Position numbers and translations under genes: made by a program. Source: Nitrososphaeraceae archaeon (GTDB lineage: Archaea > Thermoproteota > Nitrososphaeria > Nitrososphaerales > Nitrososphaeraceae). From it: 64,000 nucleotides of DNA. Shown here one piece after another: positions 20,564 to 31,657 of the stretch (position 1 is the first letter of the stretch; each line of letters begins with the position of its first letter). Under the pieces are notes generated by a model. That model was given only the letters and a program-made list of their open reading frames with translations. It was not told the origin of the DNA and searched no databases. The stretch lies in assembly GCA_035297365.1 (NCBI GenBank), contig DATGZA010000014.1, positions 210,959 through 274,958 of the forward strand. The letters run 5' to 3'.

Positions 20564-20866
20564 TCATCTTCTTGATAGTTCATGTCTCTTTATGAAATTC
20601 ATAAAAAGAAATTTGAGTATGAGTAGTGATTTTGAAATCTCTTTATAGTATTGAGCATAAAATGATATAAAAATTGTACATACACCTCCAATTATTAATC
20701 GTACTCCGATTATTGAAAAACCTTCTCCATCAGAACCTACCATTTCCCCCAGAAATTTTAAAATGATGCCTGCTATACTTATCACTATTCCGGAAGAAAG
20801 TAAAGGCAGGAATAAAACATGATATGATTTTTTATCGACCAATATAGTACGTATGATATTCTTCAT
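20564..20866 (-). CDS. Small 2-TM membrane protein
   Basis: Start moved to MKNIIRT (20866) to avoid overlap with the divergent gene; two hydrophobic helices. Confidence 0.55.
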   Translation of the reverse strand: MKNIIRTILVDKKSYHVLFLPLLSSGIVISIAGIILKFLGEMVGSDGEGFSIIGVRLIIGGVCTIFISFYAQYYKEISKSLLILKFLFMNFIKRHELSRR

Positions 20867-20913
20867 AGTTACTTTATAAACAATTTTATTGATAAAATAA
20901 TATTTTTTTAGCA

Positions 20914-21843
20914 TTGAAAAGTCTAAATATTGCAGTATTAGGTGATCATGAAATTCTAAAGGATCTTGGTAAACTGGGTACAACCTCTGATATTTCACTA
21001 TATGATAAGAAATTGGTCGATAAGGTGTTTACTTTTGTTTCTCCCATTACTTTTCCTGAGAAAATACAGTCACTTGTTCAAGTAATAAATATGACCGAAT
21101 TAGTAATCTTAAATGTTAAATCATTAGATAAATATTTTGCTGAACAAATTATTGCGTTGAATTCACTTCAAATTTCAGATGGATTTATTCTTCATTCTTA
21201 TGATGTTGATCATGATAGATTGCAACAGATGATCAAAGATACTACCGTAGCTAATTTCAGAATACTTGATGATGTTGATTCTTTAAAAATAGAACTTAAT
21301 AATATTTCTCAAAGATCTAATGAAGGAAATTTAATTATTCCAATTGACCATAGTTTCGATGTCAAAGGAGTTGGAACTGTTATTCTGGGTGTTATCAAAC
21401 AAGGTCGTGTAAAGATTTATGATAAATTAAAAATACTACCTTCGAACAAAGATATTTTGGTTAAATCAATTCAAATGCATGATGATCCAGTAAATGAAGC
21501 ATCAAGTCCTGCAAGAGTAGGACTTTCTCTCAAAGGTGTCAGTCCAGATGAAATAGAACGCGGCGATATAATATGTGATGGAGAAGGATTAAAAGTATCA
21601 TCTTCTGAATTAGTTGTTCCAAATCTCTCAAGAAATAGGTATTATAAAAACGAAATTACTCAAAACCAAACGTATTTGATATCGGTTGGATTACAAATAA
21701 AACCAGTAAAAATTGTATTTCAAGATTTCAAAATTAAATTGCTATTAGAGAAACAAATAGTTTATTATCACAACCAGAAATTTCTGATCCTAAAACCCGA
21801 TAGCAAGAGTACCAGGATTATTGCCAATGGATTGTTGCCTTAA
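20914..21843 (+). CDS. SelB-like / EF-Tu domain-2 protein with a degenerate G-domain
   Basis: IDHSFDVKGVGTVILG, VKSIQMHD, RVGLSLKG, ERGD; no P-loop. Confidence 0.85.
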   Translation: MKSLNIAVLGDHEILKDLGKLGTTSDISLYDKKLVDKVFTFVSPITFPEKIQSLVQVINMTELVILNVKSLDKYFAEQIIALNSLQISDGFILHSYDVDHDRLQQMIKDTTVANFRILDDVDSLKIELNNISQRSNEGNLIIPIDHSFDVKGVGTVILGVIKQGRVKIYDKLKILPSNKDILVKSIQMHDDPVNEASSPARVGLSLKGVSPDEIERGDIICDGEGLKVSSSELVVPNLSRNRYYKNEITQNQTYLISVGLQIKPVKIVFQDFKIKLLLEKQIVYYHNQKFLILKPDSKSTRIIANGLLP

Positions 21844-22431
21844 CAGAAATAACAGATTAAATTTTACCATCAGTAGATGATATGTTGAACTTTATATCTT
21901 CACTCGTAGATTCAACAGCAGAAAGGGTTTCTCAATAAGTCACCAAAAGTAACTCAATAATTCAGATATGTCAATATATATTACGATTTGTTCTTAATTT
22001 AAAAGCAATTAACAGCATTCAGTAATAAGCATGAATTCTTCTTTTTGAATTAACATCGATTGACATATGCAGAAATAAAAGAAATTAGGATAATGAAGAA
22101 AGAAGATAGCAAGGAAGAGTATACCCTTGTTAGCGAGAACATTCTAAATAATATAAAGAATGAATCTATGAACAATGAAAAAAGTCCATAAATAAATCTG
22201 ATGAAAGAATAGAAAAAACATTCATTCAAGGAAATCAAGACACAAAGGTAGAAAAGTTTTAGGTAAAAGTATTAAAGGTCATTCACCAGTCTATGAATAA
22301 TATAATAATCTAAAATTTAATAACTGAAATTGTATGATAACTAAAGTAACAAATAGATAGAATATAATATAACAATATTGTTCACATCGTTATTTATGTC
22401 ATTCCTATTCATTGGATTAATCCACCGAATC

Positions 22432-25068
22432 TTAAAAAAATATTTTAATTGTTAGAATTTTGAATGTATCAATTTCTATATTCATTTCATTATTTTCTAT
22501 ATTCTTTATTTCTTGAATTTTATTTCCCATTAAATCAACTATTTCCGCAGCTTTTACATTTAAAGCTAATTTGATCTTTACACTAGTTTTCTTACCTTCT
22601 GTTTCATATATCCTCAAAATTATTGTTTTCCTATCATCACTTAACTTTATAGTACTTAAAATTACATTTTCTTTGTCGATTTTCAGAAAAGAATCTCTAT
22701 TTGCTAAACTGCCACTTTGTAAATTTTTATCTCCGTTGGAATGACCATTTACGTTGTTGTTATTTCTTTTTATCTGTACTGGAATTAAAGGCATGTTGAT
22801 CTCCATCCCGTGTTTGTAAATATCATCTTCTTTCCAATCATTTTCGTGTGGAAGTATAGAATATCTGAAAATATACGGTTTCATTTCTGCGGCATCAGGT
22901 GTAGGAATACATGGTCCCATTATTCCATCAGATGATAATAAAATTATACTCCTAAGGAGTGTTAAGTATATAGTATTATCTCTGACCTCATGAGAAGGTA
23001 ATCCTTGATGTAGCAAGCTAACTCCAATTTTTTCATTTGAGTCATTCCTATCAGAAATATAATCAACCCATTCAAATGATGGAAAAACTCCAGATGGTTT
23101 TTCAAACCAATAGGGTTCGTTTCTTTTATAATATAAGTTAGTATCTCTTTGTATAGCTCCAAATTGTGTCCCACACCAGTAGTTTGAGGATTTTATATTG
23201 GTATCAAATTTAACCCTTAATCTAGAATGAGGATGTTTATCAAAAATATGGGTTATAAAATCTATTCTATTTAAATTCTTGTAAATTATAATTTCTTTTT
23301 CTATATCTACGAAATCATGTCTAAATAGCATGGGTTTTAATTTCTCGGTAAATCTATACGGCCATCTTAAAGCATAATATTTACTCTTAAATTTTATATG
23401 TGTCTTTAATTTGCCATTTATTACTTCGTATTTTTCGGGGTTGAATATTCCGTATTTTACTCCATCTCCAGATTCAGACTTTAGCAGTCCCAAATTTTCT
23501 CTATGATAGTACAAATCTCCAATTTCTTCATCTAAACATATCTCATTTCCCATCAAATAACGTATTTTTTCGTTATTCTTGTTAATTTTTGAGACTGTGA
23601 TTATAGCATTCTCTCTATTGATTTCAATATCATACTCTTTATTTTTAAAATTCGTATCATGAGTAACTATGGTTTCCAAATTGATGTTATCTGACCTAAC
23701 AAGTTGTAGAGTTTTATATCCAAGTGAGGGGATCGAAATTAAAAATCCTATCTTTATTTTCTTTATAGACTTATCTGAATAGAGAGAATAGTCTAGAATT
23801 TCTATTTCTATGCTCTGATCCTCATCTTTTAGTCCGGAAATCCCAATGACTTCTTGCGGATCGAATTCCAGGGTTAGTTCTGTCCAGTTAGTCACTTCCC
23901 ATGATAAAGGATTAAAAATAAAAATTTCCTTATTATTGTCTGTTTTTAAAGATAATTTTTTCAGATACTCTTGGATTGATTTGCCGATACTTTTCTTTGC
24001 ATTATCAAATATTTCTCCTATTTCTTTGTATACTTCATCTACGCCTGTTCCTGGCAAAACATCATGCATGGCAACAAATAGCAATTCTTTCCAGTGTTTT
24101 GAAAGTAAATCTGAAATATTATCATCATGAATATTTACCATCCAAGAAATTGCATCAAGTCTTTCAAGTAATAATATGCTATTTTCAAATTCTTTTGTTC
24201 CTTGTTTTATCCACATACGAGTTGATGTACATTCAGGATATACTGCTGAAAATTTTCCTGAATACATCTCTCCTTTTCTGATCATAAATTTGATGTTTTG
24301 TTTTTCTAACTCCCTAAAAAATCGAAGAGGGGTAGACATAGACATCTTATGTCGCTTTGTATACTTTCCGTCCCTATCAACCGATTTTTTATTCCAATCT
24401 TCGATCGCATCGATTAACTCTGGTTGTGGTGGTGTTGAACCACTTCCAGAAAGCATCAAAATTTGATTTGTTGCAGAATGTTTTCTTAATTTCTTGTAAG
24501 ATTTGTCTAGATCTGTTAAAAACAATCCCGCCCTATAACCTAATGGCATCCAATGAGTCAAGATCTGTGTTCCATCAAGACCTTGCCAAAAAAATTCAGA
24601 AGGTGTTGAATTATCTATGCCCCTTCTGAAGATAAAATATTTGTATCCTGCACTTTTTAAAATCTGCGGCCACTGTGAATTAAATCCAAATTCATCAGCA
24701 CCATAAGCAACTAGAACCTCTTGATTTAATTTATCCTTTACAAATTTTTTACCTTCAATTATTTCTCTTATTAGTACTTCTCCATTTGGAACCATTGTAT
24801 CGGCTAGTAAGTACTGACCGCCAGCGATTTCCATTTTATTTTCCCTTATTAGATCACTTATTTCTGAGAAAAGATTCGGATAATCTTTCTCTACTTTTTC
24901 CAAAAGAAATGTTTGTTCAATGATAAATTTGTAATCTGATTTTTTGATAAGATTTATGGCTTGTTTTAAAATAACCTCAATATTGACAAAATAATAGTCT
25001 TGTTTATTCAATATCCATACGGCATCATAATGCATATGAGGAACTACATGAATAGTGGGATCACTCAT
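22432..25068 (-). CDS. Glycoside hydrolase family 38 alpha-mannosidase
   Basis: HMHYDAVW, ADEFG nucleophile, MHDVLPGT, LRIYETEG; start MSDPTIH overlaps the upstream stop (ATGA). Confidence 0.9.
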   Translation of the reverse strand: MSDPTIHVVPHMHYDAVWILNKQDYYFVNIEVILKQAINLIKKSDYKFIIEQTFLLEKVEKDYPNLFSEISDLIRENKMEIAGGQYLLADTMVPNGEVLIREIIEGKKFVKDKLNQEVLVAYGADEFGFNSQWPQILKSAGYKYFIFRRGIDNSTPSEFFWQGLDGTQILTHWMPLGYRAGLFLTDLDKSYKKLRKHSATNQILMLSGSGSTPPQPELIDAIEDWNKKSVDRDGKYTKRHKMSMSTPLRFFRELEKQNIKFMIRKGEMYSGKFSAVYPECTSTRMWIKQGTKEFENSILLLERLDAISWMVNIHDDNISDLLSKHWKELLFVAMHDVLPGTGVDEVYKEIGEIFDNAKKSIGKSIQEYLKKLSLKTDNNKEIFIFNPLSWEVTNWTELTLEFDPQEVIGISGLKDEDQSIEIEILDYSLYSDKSIKKIKIGFLISIPSLGYKTLQLVRSDNINLETIVTHDTNFKNKEYDIEINRENAIITVSKINKNNEKIRYLMGNEICLDEEIGDLYYHRENLGLLKSESGDGVKYGIFNPEKYEVINGKLKTHIKFKSKYYALRWPYRFTEKLKPMLFRHDFVDIEKEIIIYKNLNRIDFITHIFDKHPHSRLRVKFDTNIKSSNYWCGTQFGAIQRDTNLYYKRNEPYWFEKPSGVFPSFEWVDYISDRNDSNEKIGVSLLHQGLPSHEVRDNTIYLTLLRSIILLSSDGIMGPCIPTPDAAEMKPYIFRYSILPHENDWKEDDIYKHGMEINMPLIPVQIKRNNNNVNGHSNGDKNLQSGSLANRDSFLKIDKENVILSTIKLSDDRKTIILRIYETEGKKTSVKIKLALNVKAAEIVDLMGNKIQEIKNIENNEMNIEIDTFKILTIKIFF

Positions 25069-25928
25069 TTTTTCCGGTTCCTCTGTAATATATGATCCAA
25101 TACTACTTCCTTCCAACCATCTTGAGCTATACCCTTAACTCTTGTTAGATTGTTAATTTCCATTGGTGTATATTGATTGAAGATATTCCTTACTAGGAAA
25201 GCTTGATCGACATTTTCAAACATGGTAATATCATTGATAGCGTCTCCAATAGCTATAACTTGAATCTTTTCATTTTTATATTTTTTATAAAAAAGATTTT
25301 TTAGAATAGAAACTGCACATCCCTTGTCGTGTCGCGCCGAGACTGTGATATATCTGGTACCTTGAGCCATGATAAGGTTTCTTTCAATTAGGGCCCTCTC
25401 CAACTCTACACGATTGACAAATTCTATCTCTAGTATGGTTTCACTATATTCCCTTGATGCCATCAATGTTGCACACTCCACTGATATTCCAACTTTATTA
25501 GCTAATTGGGTAATTGAAAAATCAGAAACACAATTGAATCTAATATGAAACTTATTCCGTATATCATTAAGGATTGTTATTATTTGCTCATAGGATTTTC
25601 CCAATTCTAAAGTCATATTCCCATCTATCTCTTTGGTTTCCAAACCAAATTCATCAAGATTAAACGGAAAATAGTTTTTTGGAACAATAATGGCACCTCC
25701 ATTTTCTACAATATAGGGATCAACTATATCTAGGTCATTTCTTATTTTGTCTTGTTCTTTTCGAGTTTTAGTTGAACATAATACTAGAGGAATTTGATTC
25801 TCTGAAAGAATCTTAATAACTTTTTTAATGTCTCCATAGCCGTCTGAATGAATCATTTCTCTATTTCTTGCTATATATGATTGTACGAGGGTATTGTCAA
25901 TATCAGAAAAAATTAAAAACCGTGACAT
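25065..25928 (-). CDS. mpgP: Mannosyl-3-phosphoglycerate phosphatase-like HAD IIB hydrolase
   Basis: FSDIDNTL, CSTKT, PYIVENGGAI, REYSE, HDKG, GDAIND. Confidence 0.8.
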   Translation of the reverse strand: MSRFLIFSDIDNTLVQSYIARNREMIHSDGYGDIKKVIKILSENQIPLVLCSTKTRKEQDKIRNDLDIVDPYIVENGGAIIVPKNYFPFNLDEFGLETKEIDGNMTLELGKSYEQIITILNDIRNKFHIRFNCVSDFSITQLANKVGISVECATLMASREYSETILEIEFVNRVELERALIERNLIMAQGTRYITVSARHDKGCAVSILKNLFYKKYKNEKIQVIAIGDAINDITMFENVDQAFLVRNIFNQYTPMEINNLTRVKGIAQDGWKEVVLDHILQRNRKK

Positions 25929-26000
25929 ATCTTTTTACTCTTTCTTTAAAATGAATCACTTTATACTTTAACGTAAGAACTTACATAAGAATTTTCTATA

Positions 26001-26567
26001 TCAAGGGAAAATTTGTCTGCCTGTTAATTTATCAATAATTTTTATTGCTTTTGTAGGACAAGTCTGGGCTGCATCTAATATGTTTTCAAAATCATCTCCA
26101 GATTCAGATATCACTACTGCTTTAGGATTGATCATCTTATTCTTTTCAACAACGAACACATGAGGAGCTAGAATCTCACAACTGCCAAATGCCATACACA
26201 AAGAAGGTTCTATTATTATATTAAACCTTGACTTTTTCTTTATTGGACCATATTTTTGGGAATTGTCATTAGGTTCATTATCTAAAACTGTTTTTTCATT
26301 TTCTAGATTGGTACCTAAATTAAAATCATCAACAATATCATTATTTTCTATTTCAAGACATAATTTATCATAATAACCCCTCTTATGATTGTCAGATAAA
26401 ACTTCAAAGGCGATATTGATTTTTTTTATCATTTCCAAATCGTACTCTTTTCCAGAGTTCTTATCTGGATGATATTTTTTGACTAGCTGTCGATAAGTTT
26501 TTTTTATTTCAATGCTATCTGAATCCATAGTTAATCCAAGAATACTATAATATCCGTAAATATCCAA
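26001..26567 (-). CDS. DnaJ-ferredoxin fusion (DnaJ-Fer)
   Basis: J-domain with HPD; C-terminal CMAFGSC...AAQTCPTKAI ferredoxin. Confidence 0.9.
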   Translation of the reverse strand: MDIYGYYSILGLTMDSDSIEIKKTYRQLVKKYHPDKNSGKEYDLEMIKKINIAFEVLSDNHKRGYYDKLCLEIENNDIVDDFNLGTNLENEKTVLDNEPNDNSQKYGPIKKKSRFNIIIEPSLCMAFGSCEILAPHVFVVEKNKMINPKAVVISESGDDFENILDAAQTCPTKAIKIIDKLTGRQIFP

Positions 26568-26919
26568 CTATCAATTATGTATTTACTTCTTATTTAATTT
26601 CTATGAAAGAGTTACCGCATTTAAAGTAGATTTAAAGCGATTTCATGGAAACGAGACGTCAACTTTAGCTGTTTTAGAAGTCTGAATATTATTAGAATTT
26701 CTTTAACAATACTCAATCGATCTCCAAAAAAATCACCACTACTGAGGATAATTAATTGTTTTTTTTTTGTTTATATCCAATACAGATCCTATAAACTTAA
26801 ATTAGAACTTCATATGTCAAGATGAATTCAAATCTATCTATCACATCGATATTGTAAATTATAATTGTTTATTCTGTTTGATTAATTTTGATCGTTATTC
26901 AAAAAGATGTTTTTCTGTG

Positions 26920-27888
26920 TTAACTAGTATTGTAAATTAACTCTGAACTAATTTTGAGCATTTTGGTGTTTTCTAAAAAATTACAATTTTCTAATCCTAG
27001 TTTCTTGGCCAATCCTATTATTAAGAGTTGTACAATGAAAGTTGCCATCAGTAATATTTTGATATCTTCATAATCAGGAATTTCAATCATCAATGTTTCT
27101 ATCATCCTTTTTTTCAGTGATCTTTGTAATTTCTTTTCTTTTTCATAAAGACTGTGCCTTTTGGAGGAAAGAATAATTATAGAATCATTTTCTGTAATTT
27201 CAAACAATGGTGCATGACAGAAATTCTCAAGTGAGTATGCAAAAGACTTCCACCCCAGAACTTCATTAACCTTTAAAGATCCATACATGGCTATAGGATA
27301 CAAAATAGAATTTCCAAGAAAAATTATAGAATTATTTTCATGTGAAGTAGATGAACACTTAGTTTTAGATACCAAAACTTTTGCTTTTCTTTTGGATTTT
27401 TCATATATTTCTTTTATATTATTGATATTGTGCGATCCTTGCAATAGATAAACACAAGTTACCATGCTGATAATAAAACTTAAAGTTCCCGAAGTAGGAC
27501 TAGCTAAATTTTTATAGTTTAGATTTATTACTCGATCACAATTCCTAGCCAATTGGCTGTCCGGATTACTTGTTATTGCTATAGTTTGCTTACAGTATTT
27601 TTTTATCTTTTGTGCAACAAGTATATTCTGTTTAGTTTTACCAGAAATGGAAATTATATAAACAATTTTATCTTTACTTATGGAAGGATTGATTATTAAG
27701 TCAGCTGGATCGATACATAGAGAATCAAAATTTGTGAGATAACTAAATATCAATCCTGCAACATATGAATCTCCAGAGCCAACGATTATACATTTATTGA
27801 AATTATTAATTTTAGGTGGTTTTTTAATTTTAGAAATTTCCGAAACCTGAAGGCTAATTTCTTTTTCCATTATTTCCAATGACTTCAT
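26920..27888 (-). CDS. Double SIS-domain sugar isomerase (GlmS isomerase-like)
   Basis: VGSGDSY, ISISGKT, ITSNPDSQLA, LKVNE, ENFCHAP. Confidence 0.85.
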   Translation of the reverse strand: MKSLEIMEKEISLQVSEISKIKKPPKINNFNKCIIVGSGDSYVAGLIFSYLTNFDSLCIDPADLIINPSISKDKIVYIISISGKTKQNILVAQKIKKYCKQTIAITSNPDSQLARNCDRVINLNYKNLASPTSGTLSFIISMVTCVYLLQGSHNINNIKEIYEKSKRKAKVLVSKTKCSSTSHENNSIIFLGNSILYPIAMYGSLKVNEVLGWKSFAYSLENFCHAPLFEITENDSIIILSSKRHSLYEKEKKLQRSLKKRMIETLMIEIPDYEDIKILLMATFIVQLLIIGLAKKLGLENCNFLENTKMLKISSELIYNTS

Positions 27889-28421
27889 TTTTAATATCTT
27901 TCCTTTTAATTATTTAAAAAATTTATTTATCCTTTTATTTTCCTAGAAAACAATATTTTTAGATTGAGATGTAAATTAAGAATATTCTAGATTTTAATTA
28001 TTAAATTTTTTTTCGTATGATAAGATCAATTTCCTATACCCATATTCTATTTTAAAAAATTAATGAGATGTCATAGATGAATATAGGGGTATATACATGA
28101 ATATGAGATTACATTCAACTAGAATCTAAACTAAAAAAATCCTTCAAAAAAAGAAACCTCATAGAACTATTTTGGATTTTCTCTCATCTTTATAACAGAG
28201 GGTGTGATAAACATCGTCAATCATAACTTTTTAAATGGAGTTTATTTTAGTCCGTTTAACATATTTAATTTAAAACAAAAAAAACACAAATATCTCCCAT
28301 AATACTGATTTCTTTTAAAGAAAGTATCGAATATTTTCGGTTTTTCTTTAAATACTAATTATAAAATCCGTAAGCTTAGAATATATGATAATATATCCAA
28401 AATGTGAGGTAGCATTAATTA

Positions 28422-29177
28422 TTGAAATTACAAGATAAGGTTGCAATAGTTACAGGAGCAAGTGGAACTGTTGGTAGAGATATTACTAAAAAACTCGTAT
28501 TAGAAGGTTGTAAGGTTGTTCTTGTAGGAAAAAATAGCAAAAAATTAAACAGCTTAGTAGAGGAAATAGGAAAAAAGGATGATCTTTTACCTCTGCCTTC
28601 AGATATTAGCAAGGAGGGAGATGTACTTAATATTATTGAACAAACCACCTATAACTTCAATACCATAGATATTTTGATTAACAATGCAGGAATAATAAAT
28701 GATCCCGAACCTTTCCACAAAACTAATCAAGATCTGTGGATGAGTTTGATCGAAGTTAACCTAATAGGAACTTTGCATATGACAAAATGCGTATTGCCTA
28801 TAATGATGCAAAATAAATCCGGTAACATTGTAAACATTTCTTCAACGTTAGGAACTAAGGCCATTTCCGGAGTTCCTCTTTCAATCTATGGCCTTACAAA
28901 AGGTGGATTGATATCATTTACAAAACATGTAGCTGTAGAGTATGGGGAATACGGAATCCGGTGTAATTGTATTGTTCCCTCTTCCATAAGATCGCCATTT
29001 TTAGAACCATTCATGAGTGATGAAAACGCCAGAAAAACTCTAGTATCATCATTTCCCTTGGGGACAATTGGAGACCCCTCTGATATCTCTAATGCAGTCA
29101 TATATCTGTGTTCAAATGATTCGAAATGGGTTACAGGAGCAGAACTAGATATAGATGGTGGGATGTCTGCAAAGTAG
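28422..29177 (+). CDS. Short-chain dehydrogenase/reductase (FabG-like)
   Basis: TGASGTVG, INNAG, NISS, YGLTK. Confidence 0.9.
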   Translation: MKLQDKVAIVTGASGTVGRDITKKLVLEGCKVVLVGKNSKKLNSLVEEIGKKDDLLPLPSDISKEGDVLNIIEQTTYNFNTIDILINNAGIINDPEPFHKTNQDLWMSLIEVNLIGTLHMTKCVLPIMMQNKSGNIVNISSTLGTKAISGVPLSIYGLTKGGLISFTKHVAVEYGEYGIRCNCIVPSSIRSPFLEPFMSDENARKTLVSSFPLGTIGDPSDISNAVIYLCSNDSKWVTGAELDIDGGMSAK

Positions 29178-29253
29178 GTATTGCCTATATTCTCTGTAAT
29201 AGCAGAGAATTAATCAGACCTATATTTTTATAATATTATTTTTATACATATTT

Positions 29254-29598
29254 ATGAAAAAGTTAGAAATCATAATACCACATGAACGTTTAAACGAAGC
29301 AGATTCCATTCTCGAAAAGTTTAATGTTGGAGGAATGTCCTTTCTTCATGTCAATGGACGAGGCAAGACCAAATGGAGTCCTATTCCTGTTGGTAGGGGA
29401 GTGATGGTGTATACTCCAAAATTTGGAACTCGCACTAAAATTGAAGTACTAGTAAAGGATGAAATAGCTAAACCTTTAGTCGATGCAATAATAGAAAATC
29501 TCAGTACAGGGTCTGTGTCTGATGGAAAAATATTCGTCTATGATGTTCATGACGCTTATGATATAGGAAACAGACAACAATCGGATTTGGCAATTTAG
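29254..29598 (+). CDS. P-II family nitrogen regulator
   Basis: MKKLEIII, VNGRG, KIEVLV, TGSVSDGKIFV. Confidence 0.9.
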   Translation: MKKLEIIIPHERLNEADSILEKFNVGGMSFLHVNGRGKTKWSPIPVGRGVMVYTPKFGTRTKIEVLVKDEIAKPLVDAIIENLSTGSVSDGKIFVYDVHDAYDIGNRQQSDLAI

Positions 29599-29727
29599 CC
29601 TTATTCCTTTAATTTTGTTCAATATTTCGTTACCACATATATAACACATCATTTCCGGTACTTTATAATAACACAAATAAATTGACTTCATATAGGAAAC
29701 AATATTTTTCATTAATATAATTGAACT

Positions 29728-29838
29728 TTATAGAAATATAACTGGTTTTCTAGTCAATCTTAAAACCTTTTTTGCAATACTTCCTATATCTTGTTCCGTC
29801 AGTTCCAGGCCTTTTGATCTCATTACTATTATCGCCAT
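29728..29838 (-). pseudogene. C-terminal fragment of a universal stress protein (UspA)
   Basis: IIVMRSKG...IGSIAKKVLRLTRKPVIFL matches the Usp C-terminal pattern; N-terminal part missing. Confidence 0.6.
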
Positions 29839-30066
29839 ATTTATCCCAACGTCAAGTAAAGTAACCAATCTCTTGTGTTAAGATTGCTTGCATTGTTATC
29901 AAATTAGAAGAGGAATTATTTAAGAATGATTTCCAACGTCAATTGTAAATCTTTAAAAAGAATTTTTAAAAAAATTTGAATAATTATCTCTTTTATATAA
30001 ATAATATAAATATAATATGGTACTATTAAAATTAAAATATTCGTCTTACAATAAAATAGAGCATTA

Positions 30067-30612
30067 TTGATAGCAGTAGATCAAGTTGATGAAGTTATTT
30101 TGTCTGCCTTATCCAGAGATGCAAGACAAGATGTCAGAGAAATCTGGGAATTCCTTAGAGATCATGGATTCAATTTAACCGAAAGTGAAATTGAATCTAG
30201 AATTACGCGACTAGAAGACGATAAAGTAATTACGAGATATACTATATCAATTGACACGAAGAAAATTAATTGTCGTATAGTGAGATTTATTCTGGTTAAA
30301 TTTAGAACCTCCCAACACCTTCCTAGTAGAATGGAAGGATTGAAAAAGTATCTTTCTGATGCTCCATTTGTTCTTTATTCAGGAAAAACTAGAGGGGGTT
30401 ATGATTGGATTTGGATACAGGCATTTTTAACAGAAGAAATGGCTGACGAAGAAATGGACATGTATAGAAATCTTTTTGGTGATATAATTCAAACATATGA
30501 AGTGTATGATTTTATTCCAACAAAAGAGATTTCTCATCAGGCATTATGTTATACTGAAACAGAGTATAAACACTTTTTAGAAGAATGGTTACCACCATTT
30601 TTAGGTAGATAA
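30067..30612 (+). CDS. Lrp/AsnC family transcriptional regulator
   Basis: DQVDEVILSALSRDAR, RITRLEDDKVITRYTISID, TRGGYD. Confidence 0.85.
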   Translation: MIAVDQVDEVILSALSRDARQDVREIWEFLRDHGFNLTESEIESRITRLEDDKVITRYTISIDTKKINCRIVRFILVKFRTSQHLPSRMEGLKKYLSDAPFVLYSGKTRGGYDWIWIQAFLTEEMADEEMDMYRNLFGDIIQTYEVYDFIPTKEISHQALCYTETEYKHFLEEWLPPFLGR

Positions 30613-30638
30613 AAAAAGAAATATATTTAATAATTATT

Positions 30639-31520
30639 TTATATTTTTATTGCTTTCTTGCTAGAATTCTTAAATCTTATTGTTTCATCTATTAACTCGT
30701 GAATTTTTAATCTTATTTCCATTAGAAAATTGATAATTTCAGTTCTATTCTCTGGTTCGATTGTTACTTCAACTTCCTCTATCAAATTGTCAATTCTAGC
30801 TAAACTTACCCTAAGTGATAATGATGCCTTTTTGGTGATTTTTAATGAGTTGAAAAAGTAGCTATTGTTTCCATTCGACAGGTTCCTATTTTGTTCATCG
30901 ATATTCTCTTTAATTGCTCTTTTCATTTCTCTTAATTTTTTAACAGATATTTTATTTCTAATTATTTCTTCCAGGATCTCTGGATGACTATCAATTGGTA
31001 TGGATGAAATTTCTATTGCCTTGCTAACGTTTATCATGTTGTCAGATATTTTTTTCTTTATTTCATCAGGTAATTTAAGCAATTGAATTCTGTGAGAAAC
31101 ATATTCTTCGCTTTTTCCAATTTTTTTTGCTAGGTCACATACTCCACCCCAGCCAAAATCTATTACATATTTTCTAAAAGCTTCTGCCTCTTCTATAGGA
31201 TCCATCGTTTTTCTTTGAATATTTTCTGTTAACTGAATCTCAAAAGCCTGTTTGTCAGACATCTCTCGAATTTTACACGCAATAAAACGCCATCTCAGTG
31301 ATCTACAAGCATGATATCTTCTATGACCTGCTACAATTTCAAATCCATGGGACAATGGTCTAATAATGATGGGTTGAAGTAAACCATACTCTCTGATACT
31401 CGATACCAATGTATCGTCTTCTTCAGAATATTTTTGAAATTTGTCCCTTACTGCAAAAGAGGACGGCCTAATCATCTTCATTTCAATCTGCTCAATTATG
31501 CTTGTGTCGACAAATTCCAC
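30639..31520 (-). CDS. ParB/RepB/Spo0J family protein
   Basis: GLLQPIIIR, IVAGHRR, ENIQR, PIEEA, LAKKIGKS HTH. Confidence 0.9.
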   Translation of the reverse strand: MEFVDTSIIEQIEMKMIRPSSFAVRDKFQKYSEEDDTLVSSIREYGLLQPIIIRPLSHGFEIVAGHRRYHACRSLRWRFIACKIREMSDKQAFEIQLTENIQRKTMDPIEEAEAFRKYVIDFGWGGVCDLAKKIGKSEEYVSHRIQLLKLPDEIKKKISDNMINVSKAIEISSIPIDSHPEILEEIIRNKISVKKLREMKRAIKENIDEQNRNLSNGNNSYFFNSLKITKKASLSLRVSLARIDNLIEEVEVTIEPENRTEIINFLMEIRLKIHELIDETIRFKNSSKKAIKI

Positions 31521-31657
31521 AATTATGAATTGTTGGTTATATTTATATTGTTTTTTATTTTTCTCTTTTAAAATAAATAAAATTTATATGTTTTGTGGAA
31601 AAAATCAAATTACTTATATAAAAAATTACTTTTTAGTGAATTTTCAATATGAAAATG

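Noticed and set aside
16125-21843. Selenocysteine recoding: in-frame TGA at 16125 plus a SelB-like gene
   Set aside because: The TGA is not in a Cys/redox context, no SECIS or tRNA-Sec is visible, and the SelB-like protein lacks a P-loop
26001-26567. DnaJ-ferredoxin fusion as a novelty
   Set aside because: Already described in Thaumarchaeota and green plants
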